Shown: in pieces, positions 1-7,943 of the stretch
Numbering within the stretch: the first letter of the stretch is position 1
Layout of the letters: every line of letters begins with the position of its first letter
Source of the DNA: Bacillota bacterium
GTDB taxonomy: Bacteria > Bacillota_I > Bacilli_A > Acholeplasmatales > Acholeplasmataceae
Length of the DNA: 57,776 nucleotides
Assembly (NCBI GenBank): GCA_027620815.1
Contig: JAQCDH010000001.1
Coordinates: 1 to 57,776 of the forward strand
Direction of reading: 5' to 3'
The notes under the pieces: generated by a model
Database searches by the model: none
Seen by the model: the letters and a program-made list of their open reading frames with translations, nothing else
What the model was told of the DNA's origin: nothing
Position numbers and translations under genes: made by a program

Positions 1-1350
1 ATGATTTAGTTTTTTAATGATTGTATCGACCGCGAGCTTCAGTGTTTTATCTTGTTTGAGTTCATTTTCAATTTTCTCACAAGCTGTTAATACCGTTGAA
101 TGATCCCTGTCTCCAAATAACGAACCAATGCTTTTATAAGGAATATTGTGGTGTGTTTTAATTAAATACATTGCGATGTGTCTTGGAATGACGTATTTAG
201 AATGTCTTTTTTTACCAATAAGGTCATCAATTGAAATCCCGTAAAAATCACTGACAACACTTTGAATACGGTCGTAGTTGTTTTCGTTAAGTTGATTACT
301 TTTCCGTCTGGTTTTTAATAGAGGCTCTAAAGCTTCTTGAGCGTGCTCGATGGAAAGATCAATATTATTTGTAAGTGCATAAAATAAGACACGCTTTAAA
401 GCACCTTCAAGCTCTCTTATGTTTGTTACAAAAGAAGACGCAATAAAGTTCAAAACATCATAACTCATCGCCTCTGCTTGCGATGTTTCAGAAGATAATT
501 TTCTTTTTAAGATTTCAATTCTGTGCTCTAAATCTGGAACTTGGATATCAACACTTAAGCCCACCTCAAAACGTGATGTTAGTCGTGACATCATGTTTTT
601 TAATTCTGAGGCGGGTTTATCACTTGTAATGACAATTTGTTTATTTTGTTGATACAAAATATCAAAAAGCTTAAAAAACTCCATTTGAGTTTTTGTTGCA
701 CCACCCATAATTTGGATGTCATCAACAAGTAAAACATCCATATCACGATATTTAAGATGGAAATCATCCATTTTTTGTCTTTTTAGTAAGTTTGCAAAAT
801 CTTCAATAAAACTATCTGCTTTGACATATAAAACTTTTGCGTATGGATCGTTATCTAAAATATAATTTCCTATTGCCTGGGTTAAATGTGTTTTTCCTAA
901 TCCCACATCACCAAATATATAAAGAGGATTGGCAACAACGCCTGGTTGATCAGCAACCTTCATCGCCATTCTAAAAGCAAACATGTTACTTTTACCAACA
1001 ACAAAATTATCGAAGCGAAAAGAACCGTTTAAATTTCCTAAACGGTATCTACTTTCTAAATCTAAATCCGGAGAAACAATATCATACTCGGGTTCTATTT
1101 CGTTTTCCAGCAAAAACTTAAAACGAAGCGTTTCACCACTATGAATTTGAGCGAGATCTTGAATTTTAGATAAATACAATCGCTGTATCCGGTTTTTAAT
1201 GAATTCGTTGGGTACAAGAATATAAATAACGTTATTTAAAACTTGATGAATTGTCTGAAGAGGCTCAAAAACCTCACCGAAAGTATCTTCATCATAAGTT
1301 TGTTCAAGTTCAGATAAAATTGTTTGCCATAATATGTCGTAGTTGTCCAA
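1..1350 (-). CDS. dnaA: Chromosomal replication initiator DnaA; the C-terminal end runs off the left edge of the window
   Basis: Open minus-strand frame missing from the ORF track because it has no in-window stop. TTG start at 1350 is preceded by AGGAGA. Translation begins LDNYDILWQTILSEL and contains Walker A GDVGLGKTHL, Walker B VLLVDDIQ, and the C-terminal DNA-binding region DRDHSTVLTACEKIENE. Confidence 0.95.
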   Translation of the reverse strand, partial: MDNYDILWQTILSELEQTYDEDTFGEVFEPLQTIHQVLNNVIYILVPNEFIKNRIQRLYLSKIQDLAQIHSGETLRFKFLLENEIEPEYDIVSPDLDLESRYRLGNLNGSFRFDNFVVGKSNMFAFRMAMKVADQPGVVANPLYIFGDVGLGKTHLTQAIGNYILDNDPYAKVLYVKADSFIEDFANLLKRQKMDDFHLKYRDMDVLLVDDIQIMGGATKTQMEFFKLFDILYQQNKQIVITSDKPASELKNMMSRLTSRFEVGLSVDIQVPDLEHRIEILKRKLSSETSQAEAMSYDVLNFIASSFVTNIRELEGALKRVLFYALTNNIDLSIEHAQEALEPLLKTRRKSNQLNENNYDRIQSVVSDFYGISIDDLIGKKRHSKYVIPRHIAMYLIKTHHNIPYKSIGSLFGDRDHSTVLTACEKIENELKQDKTLKLAVDTIIKKLNH

Positions 1351-1360
1351 AACAGTCTCT

Positions 1361-1566
1361 CCTAAAAATAATAATGAAATATTAGCATAAAAAAAACAGA
1401 AACAAATAAAAAAATAACAACAAAAATTGTGGATAACTTTTTATAAACACGTAAACAAAAAGTAAAAATTGTGGATAAAAAAAGACACTTTAAGGCTTAA
1501 TAAAGACATTTTAAGAGTTATCCAATTGTCCACAATGTCTATAACTATAATAAATAGTTGTCCACA
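1361..1566. promoter_or_regulatory. oriC-type region: an A-rich tract followed by a DnaA-box cluster
   Basis: Two perfect boxes TGTGGATAA (reverse complement of TTATCCACA) lie at 1428-1436 and 1470-1478. TTATCCAAT is at 1518-1526, and TTGTCCACA at 1526-1534 and 1558-1566. A strongly A-rich stretch at 1361-1426 is a candidate unwinding element. The region sits between divergent dnaA and rpmH. Confidence 0.8.
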
Positions 1567-1668
1567 TTAGAGCCTAGCATCTAACTTTATAATGGATTCT
1601 TGTTGACAAAGATAAAACCTTTATATATAATAACAAAGCATGGTTTCCTATGAAGGGTGGTAAGATAA

Positions 1669-1803
1669 ATGAAAAGAACATATCAACCAAATAAACGCAA
1701 ACGTCAAAAGACACACGGCTTTAGAGCAAGAATGGCAACTGTTGGTGGACGCCGCGTACTTGCAAGACGTCGCGCAAAAGGTAGAGCGCAGCTCACCGTT
1801 TAA
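1669..1803 (+). CDS. rpmH: 50S ribosomal protein L34
   Basis: 44-aa ORF below the track cutoff: [44 protein letters not shown]. This is the canonical L34 sequence, and GGTGG lies upstream. The track ORF 1648..1845 (-) is its antisense shadow. Confidence 0.95.
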   Translation: MKRTYQPNKRKRQKTHGFRARMATVGGRRVLARRRAKGRAQLTV

Positions 1804-1822
1804 TTGTAATTTATAAATAACT

Positions 1823-1862
1823 AGGACTACTCGACTAAATTTCAAAGAGACGTCCTTTTTTT
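1823..1862 (+). terminator. Imperfect hairpin plus T7 run between rpmH and rnpA (possible partial terminator or attenuator)
   Basis: AGGACTACTC (1823-1832) pairs with GAGACGTCCT (1847-1856) with a 2x2 internal mismatch and a 14-nt loop. A T-run follows at 1856-1862. Confidence 0.35.
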
Positions 1863-1872
1863 AAAAAAAAAT

Positions 1873-2238
1873 ATGAAAAAAAGATACCGACTAAAAACAA
1901 AGAAAGAAATTGATTTTGTTTTTGCAAATAAAAAAAGTGTTAAAAACCAATTTTTTGGTATCCACTTCATTAAAAACTTGGATCAACCACACTTTAGGTT
2001 TGCACTATCTATTGGAAGAAAGTACGGCAATGCTGTTGCTAGAAACCTTAGAAAAAGACAAACTCGAATGATTGTTTCTTCGATACAACAAATTTCAAAC
2101 CATGTCCAATTTGTTGTTGTTATTTACCCAAAATCAAATCAGTTAAGTTTTGAAGAAGTCAAAAAAAATGTGTTGCAACTTATCGATCAAGCAACACTCA
2201 CGGAGAAAAATAATGAAAAAAATAGTATTGTTATTTAG
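1873..2238 (+). CDS. rnpA: Ribonuclease P protein component
   Basis: 121-aa basic protein directly after rpmH. It carries an RNR-type motif (AVARNLRKRQTR), and the rpmH-rnpA-yidC-jag order is conserved. Confidence 0.85.
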   Translation: MKKRYRLKTKKEIDFVFANKKSVKNQFFGIHFIKNLDQPHFRFALSIGRKYGNAVARNLRKRQTRMIVSSIQQISNHVQFVVVIYPKSNQLSFEEVKKNVLQLIDQATLTEKNNEKNSIVI

Positions 2239-3607
2239 TGTTATTTTTGCACTTGTCATCTTATCGAGTTGTACCCAAGAAGATGGGACGATTAAAACAG
2301 TTGTAAACCCACCTTTAAATATGGTTTACACAGAGGCTGAATTCGCAAATGGATATGTCTTTAAAGGTGAAGAGGGTGTCTCGTTTTTAAACATCAAACA
2401 ATCAGGTGAAGTTGAAATCGTCCCATTAGAAAACCAAGGAATCAATGAACCTGTTGGAGATAATGGTGTTTTAACATACCGCGTATCCTATAATGACGTG
2501 CTTTATGATTTTGATATTTATGTTATTCCTAACAACGTCAATTCTAACGATACAAGCATTGTTTTGATCAATTTTGTTTTTACTGATGCAAACGTCAGAA
2601 CAAACATTGGTGGTATAGAAAACCTAGAAGGGTTAGACGTCTATGTTGTTCGTGCTAACGGAACAGTTGAGATTTTAAATGCCGAAGAACACACAGAGAA
2701 ATTTTCAAACAATGGGTTTATTCCTCTTCAAGAAGATGGATTTTTTGCAAACGATAGTTTTGATGTTACGTTTACCTATGAAGGAAGTTCAGCAAGTTTC
2801 GAAGTCTATGTTACAGGCGGAGAAGCGCCTATTCACTCTGATGATGCTGGGTTCTTTGATTGGATTTTAGTAATTCCGGTTGCATTCCTAACTCAACTAT
2901 TTGGAGGTTTATTTGGGAACTCATTTGCACTTGGAATTTTATTTACAACCCTAATCGTAAGAACACTTGCATGGCCTATTTACGCTAAAAGTAATGATTT
3001 GAGTTTAAAAATGAATCTTGCACAACCTGAAATGCAACGCGTCCAAGGTAAGTATGCAACAAGAAAAGATCCCCAATCACAACAACAAATGCAAATGGAA
3101 ATGATGGGTGTATATAAAAAATACGGCATTAATGCGTTTGGTTGTTTATTACCATTTCTACAAATGCCAATCTTTATTGCAATGTATAGTGTCGTTAGGA
3201 GAATTACAATTCCAGGCGGCATGTATTCAGAACAAGTTTCAAACACCATGTTCTTTGGAATTGATTTAGCAAATACAAACGATGGGATTACAGCAATTGT
3301 ATTAGCAGCGATTGTAGGTGCAACCATGTTTGGACTTCAAAAACTTGCGATGTCTAAACCAAGTTATGCCAAAACAGTTGTCAATCCTAACCCACAAGCA
3401 CAACAATCTCAACAAACCATGAAATACGTGAGTTACTTTATGGTTATTATGATGATGTTTATTTCATACCAAAGTAACGCGCTTGCTATTTATTGGATTT
3501 TTGGTAACTTATATTCACTTACACAAACAATTATAAACAGAAGACTAAGCGAAAAGAAACATGCAAAACTAAAAGAAAAAGAACTTTTAGGAGGTCTTGT
3601 TAAATGA
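2213..3607 (+). CDS. yidC: YidC/Oxa1-family membrane insertase lipoprotein with a long N-terminal ectodomain
   Basis: The start chosen is the internal ATG at 2213, preceded by GGAG, which gives the lipobox signal MKKIVLLFSVIFALVILSSC. The conserved YidC core begins at FFDWILVIPVAF...RTLAWPIY...QPEMQRVQ. The gene overlaps rnpA by 26 nt. Confidence 0.9.
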   Translation: MKKIVLLFSVIFALVILSSCTQEDGTIKTVVNPPLNMVYTEAEFANGYVFKGEEGVSFLNIKQSGEVEIVPLENQGINEPVGDNGVLTYRVSYNDVLYDFDIYVIPNNVNSNDTSIVLINFVFTDANVRTNIGGIENLEGLDVYVVRANGTVEILNAEEHTEKFSNNGFIPLQEDGFFANDSFDVTFTYEGSSASFEVYVTGGEAPIHSDDAGFFDWILVIPVAFLTQLFGGLFGNSFALGILFTTLIVRTLAWPIYAKSNDLSLKMNLAQPEMQRVQGKYATRKDPQSQQQMQMEMMGVYKKYGINAFGCLLPFLQMPIFIAMYSVVRRITIPGGMYSEQVSNTMFFGIDLANTNDGITAIVLAAIVGATMFGLQKLAMSKPSYAKTVVNPNPQAQQSQQTMKYVSYFMVIMMMFISYQSNALAIYWIFGNLYSLTQTIINRRLSEKKHAKLKEKELLGGLVK

Positions 3608-4224
3608 TATTAAAACGTATTGAATTAGAAGCTAAAAATGAAACTGAAGCTCGCGAACGCGCTGCAGAAGAATTAAGAATTCAACCAGAAAAACTAAAAA
3701 TCACACTTACTCGCGAGAAAAAAGGTTTTTTTGCTGGCGGAAATAACTTATATGAAGCCATACCGGACGTCAATTTAACACTTGAAGGAAAAACCTATTT
3801 AGAAAGCATATTACAAACGATGGATGTTGAATTTAAAATGGAACTTAGAACAAAAGACGATGGTAAAGAAATCCACTATAATGTCCAATCTACAGATAAC
3901 GCAGTACTTATTGGAAGAGAAGGAAGAACGTTAATTGCGCTTCAATATTTACTTAGAAGTTATTTGCAGACGTTTGTTCAAAGTCAAGCTGTGATTACGC
4001 TTGATATTGCTAACTATTTTGAAAACCATAAACGCCAACTAGAAATCCTTGCAACGAAAACTGCGAAAGACGTTGCTAGGTCTAAAATCGAAGTTAAACT
4101 TGATCCAATGAACGCCTATGATAGACGCATCATTCACACAAAATTAAGTGAATGGCGCGATGTAGAAACTGAATCTCAAGGTGAAGGCGAAGAACGCGCA
4201 CTTGTCATTCGTCCAAAAAAGTAG
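3604..4224 (+). CDS. jag: Jag/KhpB-type RNA-binding protein (KH + R3H)
   Basis: ATGA overlap with yidC. The C-terminal R3H region reads NAYDRRIIHTKLSEW, and the gene follows yidC as expected. Confidence 0.85.
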   Translation: MILKRIELEAKNETEARERAAEELRIQPEKLKITLTREKKGFFAGGNNLYEAIPDVNLTLEGKTYLESILQTMDVEFKMELRTKDDGKEIHYNVQSTDNAVLIGREGRTLIALQYLLRSYLQTFVQSQAVITLDIANYFENHKRQLEILATKTAKDVARSKIEVKLDPMNAYDRRIIHTKLSEWRDVETESQGEGEERALVIRPKK

Positions 4225-4291
4225 CCCAGCTACTTTTTTTTATATCCAATATGTTATAATCAAATCAAGTAAAAAAAGGAAAAAACACGCA

Positions 4292-5215
4292 ATGACATTG
4301 ATTTTCTTAAAAATAAAAAAACCAGTTTTAAGATACATCAAAACAAGCGCGCTTATTGTCATAACGGGCCTTATTTATAGTTTGGGAGGAGTCATAAGAC
4401 TTGATATTGAAGCCACCCAAAATATTCATACATTTACATCTAGAGCAGAAACAACACCAGAGCACACACAAACAATTAACGGATATACATTCAATTATTT
4501 TCCTGTTTCACGTGAAACATTTGAATTAGACGATCAAAGAAATGTATTTTTTGATGAAAATAAGACAAAACTTGGTCAAACGGGTGACATCATTGTTACA
4601 CAACAATCTCCGTTTCCAAATATTCCAGGAATCCACCAGTGGATCACGTATTATTTTGGGGGTCACGCGTCTTTAGTGAACGAGGACAACAAATTATACG
4701 AGGCAACCGGAATCGGAAGTGCAAACATTTTTGAAGTCATGTTGTTTCCGGGAAACAAAGAACATGATTTTGATATTTCCGTCACACAAAGCAACAACTA
4801 CTGGTTAAACACAAATAGAAGAACAGAGTCAAACCCGGCATTTCCTTATTACGGCTCATTTAACAGAAACGAGTTTTTAAGTTTGCGTGTTAAAAATATT
4901 ACAAACACCCAAAGAGCAGGTGCTGTTGAATATGCGAGAACGTTATATGAAGAAAAAGCACTATATAACTATACTTTTTTTCTAGATGTTGAATATAAAT
5001 ATTATTGCACAGATATGATTTCAAGAGCGTATCAAGATGTCATGGTTCCAACACACCGACAAAGAGGTTACGCACAAGCTCTTAATGATCGATTCATTAC
5101 ATCAGTCAACGACTTAATTAATGCAGAAGAAACCTATATTACAAGTTACATTAAAATAGAAAATAATGTTGTATCTATTTATTATTTAGAGGATATTGAA
5201 GGAGGATCACAATGA
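4292..5215 (+). CDS. Membrane-anchored protein, possibly a YiiX/YaeF-type permuted papain-like (NlpC/P60-fold) amidase
   Basis: An internal ATG at 4292 gives an N-terminal TM (ALIVITGLIYSLGGVI). The ordered motifs GDIIV ... GGHASLV ... YYCTDMISRAY match the permuted Gly-Asp / His / Cys layout of that family. This is a pattern match only. Confidence 0.5.
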   Translation: MTLIFLKIKKPVLRYIKTSALIVITGLIYSLGGVIRLDIEATQNIHTFTSRAETTPEHTQTINGYTFNYFPVSRETFELDDQRNVFFDENKTKLGQTGDIIVTQQSPFPNIPGIHQWITYYFGGHASLVNEDNKLYEATGIGSANIFEVMLFPGNKEHDFDISVTQSNNYWLNTNRRTESNPAFPYYGSFNRNEFLSLRVKNITNTQRAGAVEYARTLYEEKALYNYTFFLDVEYKYYCTDMISRAYQDVMVPTHRQRGYAQALNDRFITSVNDLINAEETYITSYIKIENNVVSIYYLEDIEGGSQ

Positions 5216-6351
5216 TTGAAATTGTAACACTTGTTTTACTTGTGAGTCTCATGATCTTTTTGGTTGTATTTTTAGTAATACAAAACCAAAAAAAAGCGAT
5301 TCCTCAAGATCAAAGCGATTTAAAAGTCTACATGCAAAAAGAGTATGAAGGTTTAAAAACTCAACTAAGAGAGCTGATTTATGAATCAAACGAAAAAAAC
5401 ACAAAAGATTTATATAAGTTTAAAGATTTAATTACAGTACACATCGAAAACAAATTAAAAGAAATGAACACGCTCGTTGAAAAAAGACTTCAGGGTGGAT
5501 TTGAAAGAACCAATGAAACGTTTGTTAATGTTGTTGAAAGATTATCTAAAATAGACGAGGCTCAAAAAAACATTGAGCAATTATCAAAAGAAGTCGTGAG
5601 TTTAAATAGCGTTTTAGCTGATAAAAAAACAAGAGGGATTTATGGAGAAGTTCAACTTTATCAACTTTTATCCGCTGTTTTTGGCCAAGACGAAAATCTT
5701 TATAAAACGCAGGTGAAACTGTCTAACCAAACCATCGCAGACGCGGTTTTGTACGCACCAGAACCACTTGGTATGGTTGTGATAGATTCAAAGTTTCCAC
5801 TAGATAACTATAAAAGAATGACCAATAGCGAATATCATCAAACAGAAAGAGATACTGCAAAAAAATTGTTTCAATCGGATGTTAAAAAACATATCGATGA
5901 TATTGCAAACAAATATATTATTGAGGGTGAAACGTCACACCAAGCAATACTATTCTTACCTGCAGAAGCTATTTTTGCTGAAATCACCGCACATCATGAA
6001 ACTTTAGTAGAGTACAGCAATAATAGGCGCGTTTGGTTAACTTCGCCTACAACACTATTTTCAACGCTCACAATGATACAAGTCTTTGTTCAAAACTTAA
6101 AAAGAGATGAACAAACAAAAGTCATTATTGATGAACTTAATAAACTTAACATCGAGTTTATGAGATATAGCGAACGTTGGGAAAAGTTGAATCGTTCGAT
6201 TGACACGATTAAAAAAGATGCTGAAAAAATGTCAACCACCACTGAAAAAATTAAAAAGAAATTTGATTATATTAAAGATGCTAAATTCGAAGAAGCGCGA
6301 TTCATAGATAACATGACTAAAGATGAGGATAACGATGGAGACGACAGTTAA
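5212..6351 (+). CDS. rmuC: DNA recombination protein RmuC
   Basis: N-terminal TM, a long coiled coil, then the RmuC nuclease-like core (RGIYGEVQLYQLL ... VVIDSKFPLDNY ... AILFLPAEAIF). ATGA overlap with the upstream gene; GGAGGA RBS. Confidence 0.85.
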   Translation: MIEIVTLVLLVSLMIFLVVFLVIQNQKKAIPQDQSDLKVYMQKEYEGLKTQLRELIYESNEKNTKDLYKFKDLITVHIENKLKEMNTLVEKRLQGGFERTNETFVNVVERLSKIDEAQKNIEQLSKEVVSLNSVLADKKTRGIYGEVQLYQLLSAVFGQDENLYKTQVKLSNQTIADAVLYAPEPLGMVVIDSKFPLDNYKRMTNSEYHQTERDTAKKLFQSDVKKHIDDIANKYIIEGETSHQAILFLPAEAIFAEITAHHETLVEYSNNRRVWLTSPTTLFSTLTMIQVFVQNLKRDEQTKVIIDELNKLNIEFMRYSERWEKLNRSIDTIKKDAEKMSTTTEKIKKKFDYIKDAKFEEARFIDNMTKDEDNDGDDS

Positions 6352-7717
6352 GTATTTATTTGAAAATCACCAGCAATTAGATCAACAAGAAGTTACCATC
6401 TATGGATGGGTAAGAAACAACCGAAGCCAAAAAAACTTCGGGTTTATCAATTTTCACGATGGAACGACATTCCCAACACTACAAGTTGTTTACGAAGAAA
6501 CACTACACAACTTCAAAGAAACTCAAAAAATACGTGTAGGTAGTTCCGTTGAAATTCATGGAAAGCTCGTGTTGACGCCTGATATGAAACAGCCTTTTGA
6601 AATTAAAGCAACACAAATCGCGCTTCTTGGGGATTCCCCGGAAGATTATCCAATTCAACCCAAAAGACATACAAGAGAGTTTTTAAGAGAAGTTGCGCAT
6701 CTTCGCATGCGTACCAATCTTTTTCAAGCGGTCTTTCGAGTGAGAAGCGAAGCCGCAATGGCCGTTCATCAATTTTTTAATAAGCGAGGATTTGTTTATA
6801 CCCATACACCACTCATTACAGGAAATGACGGTGAAGGTGCTGGATCGATGTTTCAAGTGACCACGCTAGACTTAAAACAAACGGGAAAAGAAAAAGAAAT
6901 TGATTATTCCAAAGATTTTTTTGGAAAACCAACCTATCTTGCAGTGACTGGCCAATTAGAAGCTGAAGCATACGCGATGGCGTTTAAAAACGTGTATACA
7001 TTCGGACCTACTTTTCGAGCCGAAAAATCAAACACCCAAAGACATGCATCTGAGTTTTGGATGATTGAACCAGAAATGGCTTTTTGTGATCTTGAAGGAG
7101 ACATGAATGTTGCCGAAGATATGGTTAAATACGTCATTGAATATATATTAAAAACTTGTCACTTTGAAATTGATTTCTTTAATGAGTTCGTTGATAAAAA
7201 CCTTAAAGAAAGACTAACACTTGTATTAAATAGTAGTTTTGAACGAATTACTCACGAAGAAGCAATCAATCAACTACTAGCCTCTAATCATCCTTTTGAA
7301 AATAAACCAACACACGGTCAAGACTTAAACACAGAGCACGAAAAATATTTAACTGACGTCCTATATAAAACACCTGTATTTATTACGCATTGGCCTAAAG
7401 ATATTAAAGCGTTTTATATGAGAATCAATGATGACCAAAAGACGGTTGCAGCAATGGACTTACTCGTTCCAGGAAGTGGAGAACTTATCGGTGGATCTCA
7501 AAGAGAAGAACGATTAGACCTCCTTATAAAAAGAATGAAAGAAATGCATGTTCCTATAGAAGAATTTAATTGGTATCTTGATTTAAGACGTTATGGCGGT
7601 ACCGTTCATAGTGGATTTGGGATGGGGTTTGAAAGACTCATTATGTATTTAACAGGTGTAGAAAATATTAGAGATGTGATTCCATTTCCAAGAACACCAA
7701 ACAATTGTGAATTTTGA
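6335..7717 (+). CDS. asnS: Asparagine--tRNA ligase
   Basis: Class IIb aaRS with an N-terminal OB fold (EVTIYGWVRNNR), motif 2 FRAEKSNTQRHASEFWMIEPE, and motif 3 GFGMGFERLIMYLTGVENIRDVIPFPR. The start METTVKY at 6335 has GAGGA 5 nt upstream; the track's alternative start is 6323. Confidence 0.93.
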   Translation: METTVKYLFENHQQLDQQEVTIYGWVRNNRSQKNFGFINFHDGTTFPTLQVVYEETLHNFKETQKIRVGSSVEIHGKLVLTPDMKQPFEIKATQIALLGDSPEDYPIQPKRHTREFLREVAHLRMRTNLFQAVFRVRSEAAMAVHQFFNKRGFVYTHTPLITGNDGEGAGSMFQVTTLDLKQTGKEKEIDYSKDFFGKPTYLAVTGQLEAEAYAMAFKNVYTFGPTFRAEKSNTQRHASEFWMIEPEMAFCDLEGDMNVAEDMVKYVIEYILKTCHFEIDFFNEFVDKNLKERLTLVLNSSFERITHEEAINQLLASNHPFENKPTHGQDLNTEHEKYLTDVLYKTPVFITHWPKDIKAFYMRINDDQKTVAAMDLLVPGSGELIGGSQREERLDLLIKRMKEMHVPIEEFNWYLDLRRYGGTVHSGFGMGFERLIMYLTGVENIRDVIPFPRTPNNCEF

Positions 7718-7749
7718 CATAAAATTTACGCAAAAAAACATTGCATTAC

Positions 7750-7777
7750 TTGAAAAAAACTTGTTTTGATATATAAT
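7750..7777 (+). promoter_or_regulatory. Sigma-70-type promoter for the leader and ABC operon
   Basis: TTGAAA (7750-7755), a 16-nt spacer, then TATAAT (7772-7777), with TG upstream at 7767-7768. Confidence 0.45.
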
Positions 7778-7885
7778 AATAATGCGAGGAAATTAAGATT
7801 GAAAAAAGACCACTATTTATTCAAAAATTTGAACACAAATATTACTTGGAGATTTTTTAACAATACAACAAAACACTAATTTTTT

Positions 7886-7924
7886 AAAGCGCTTAATAGA
7901 AACGATTAAGCGCTTTTTATTTTA
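7886..7924 (+). terminator. Intrinsic terminator or attenuator hairpin 20 nt upstream of the ABC ATPase start
   Basis: AAAGCGCTTAAT (7886-7897) pairs perfectly with ATTAAGCGCTTT (7905-7916) around a 7-nt loop. TTTTTATTTT follows. Confidence 0.6.
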
Positions 7925-7943
7925 AGAAAAACGGAGAATAGTA

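Noticed and set aside
1648-1845. 65-aa minus-strand ORF in the track
   Set aside because: It is the antisense shadow of the unmistakable L34 gene (rpmH, 1669-1803, + strand). It has no RBS or recognisable protein features.
7718-7943. A tRNA or other structured RNA gene in the largest intergenic gap
   Set aside because: The region is very AT-rich, with no cloverleaf-compatible stems or conserved tRNA boxes. Only the terminal hairpin is well structured. It is kept as a leader/attenuator finding instead.
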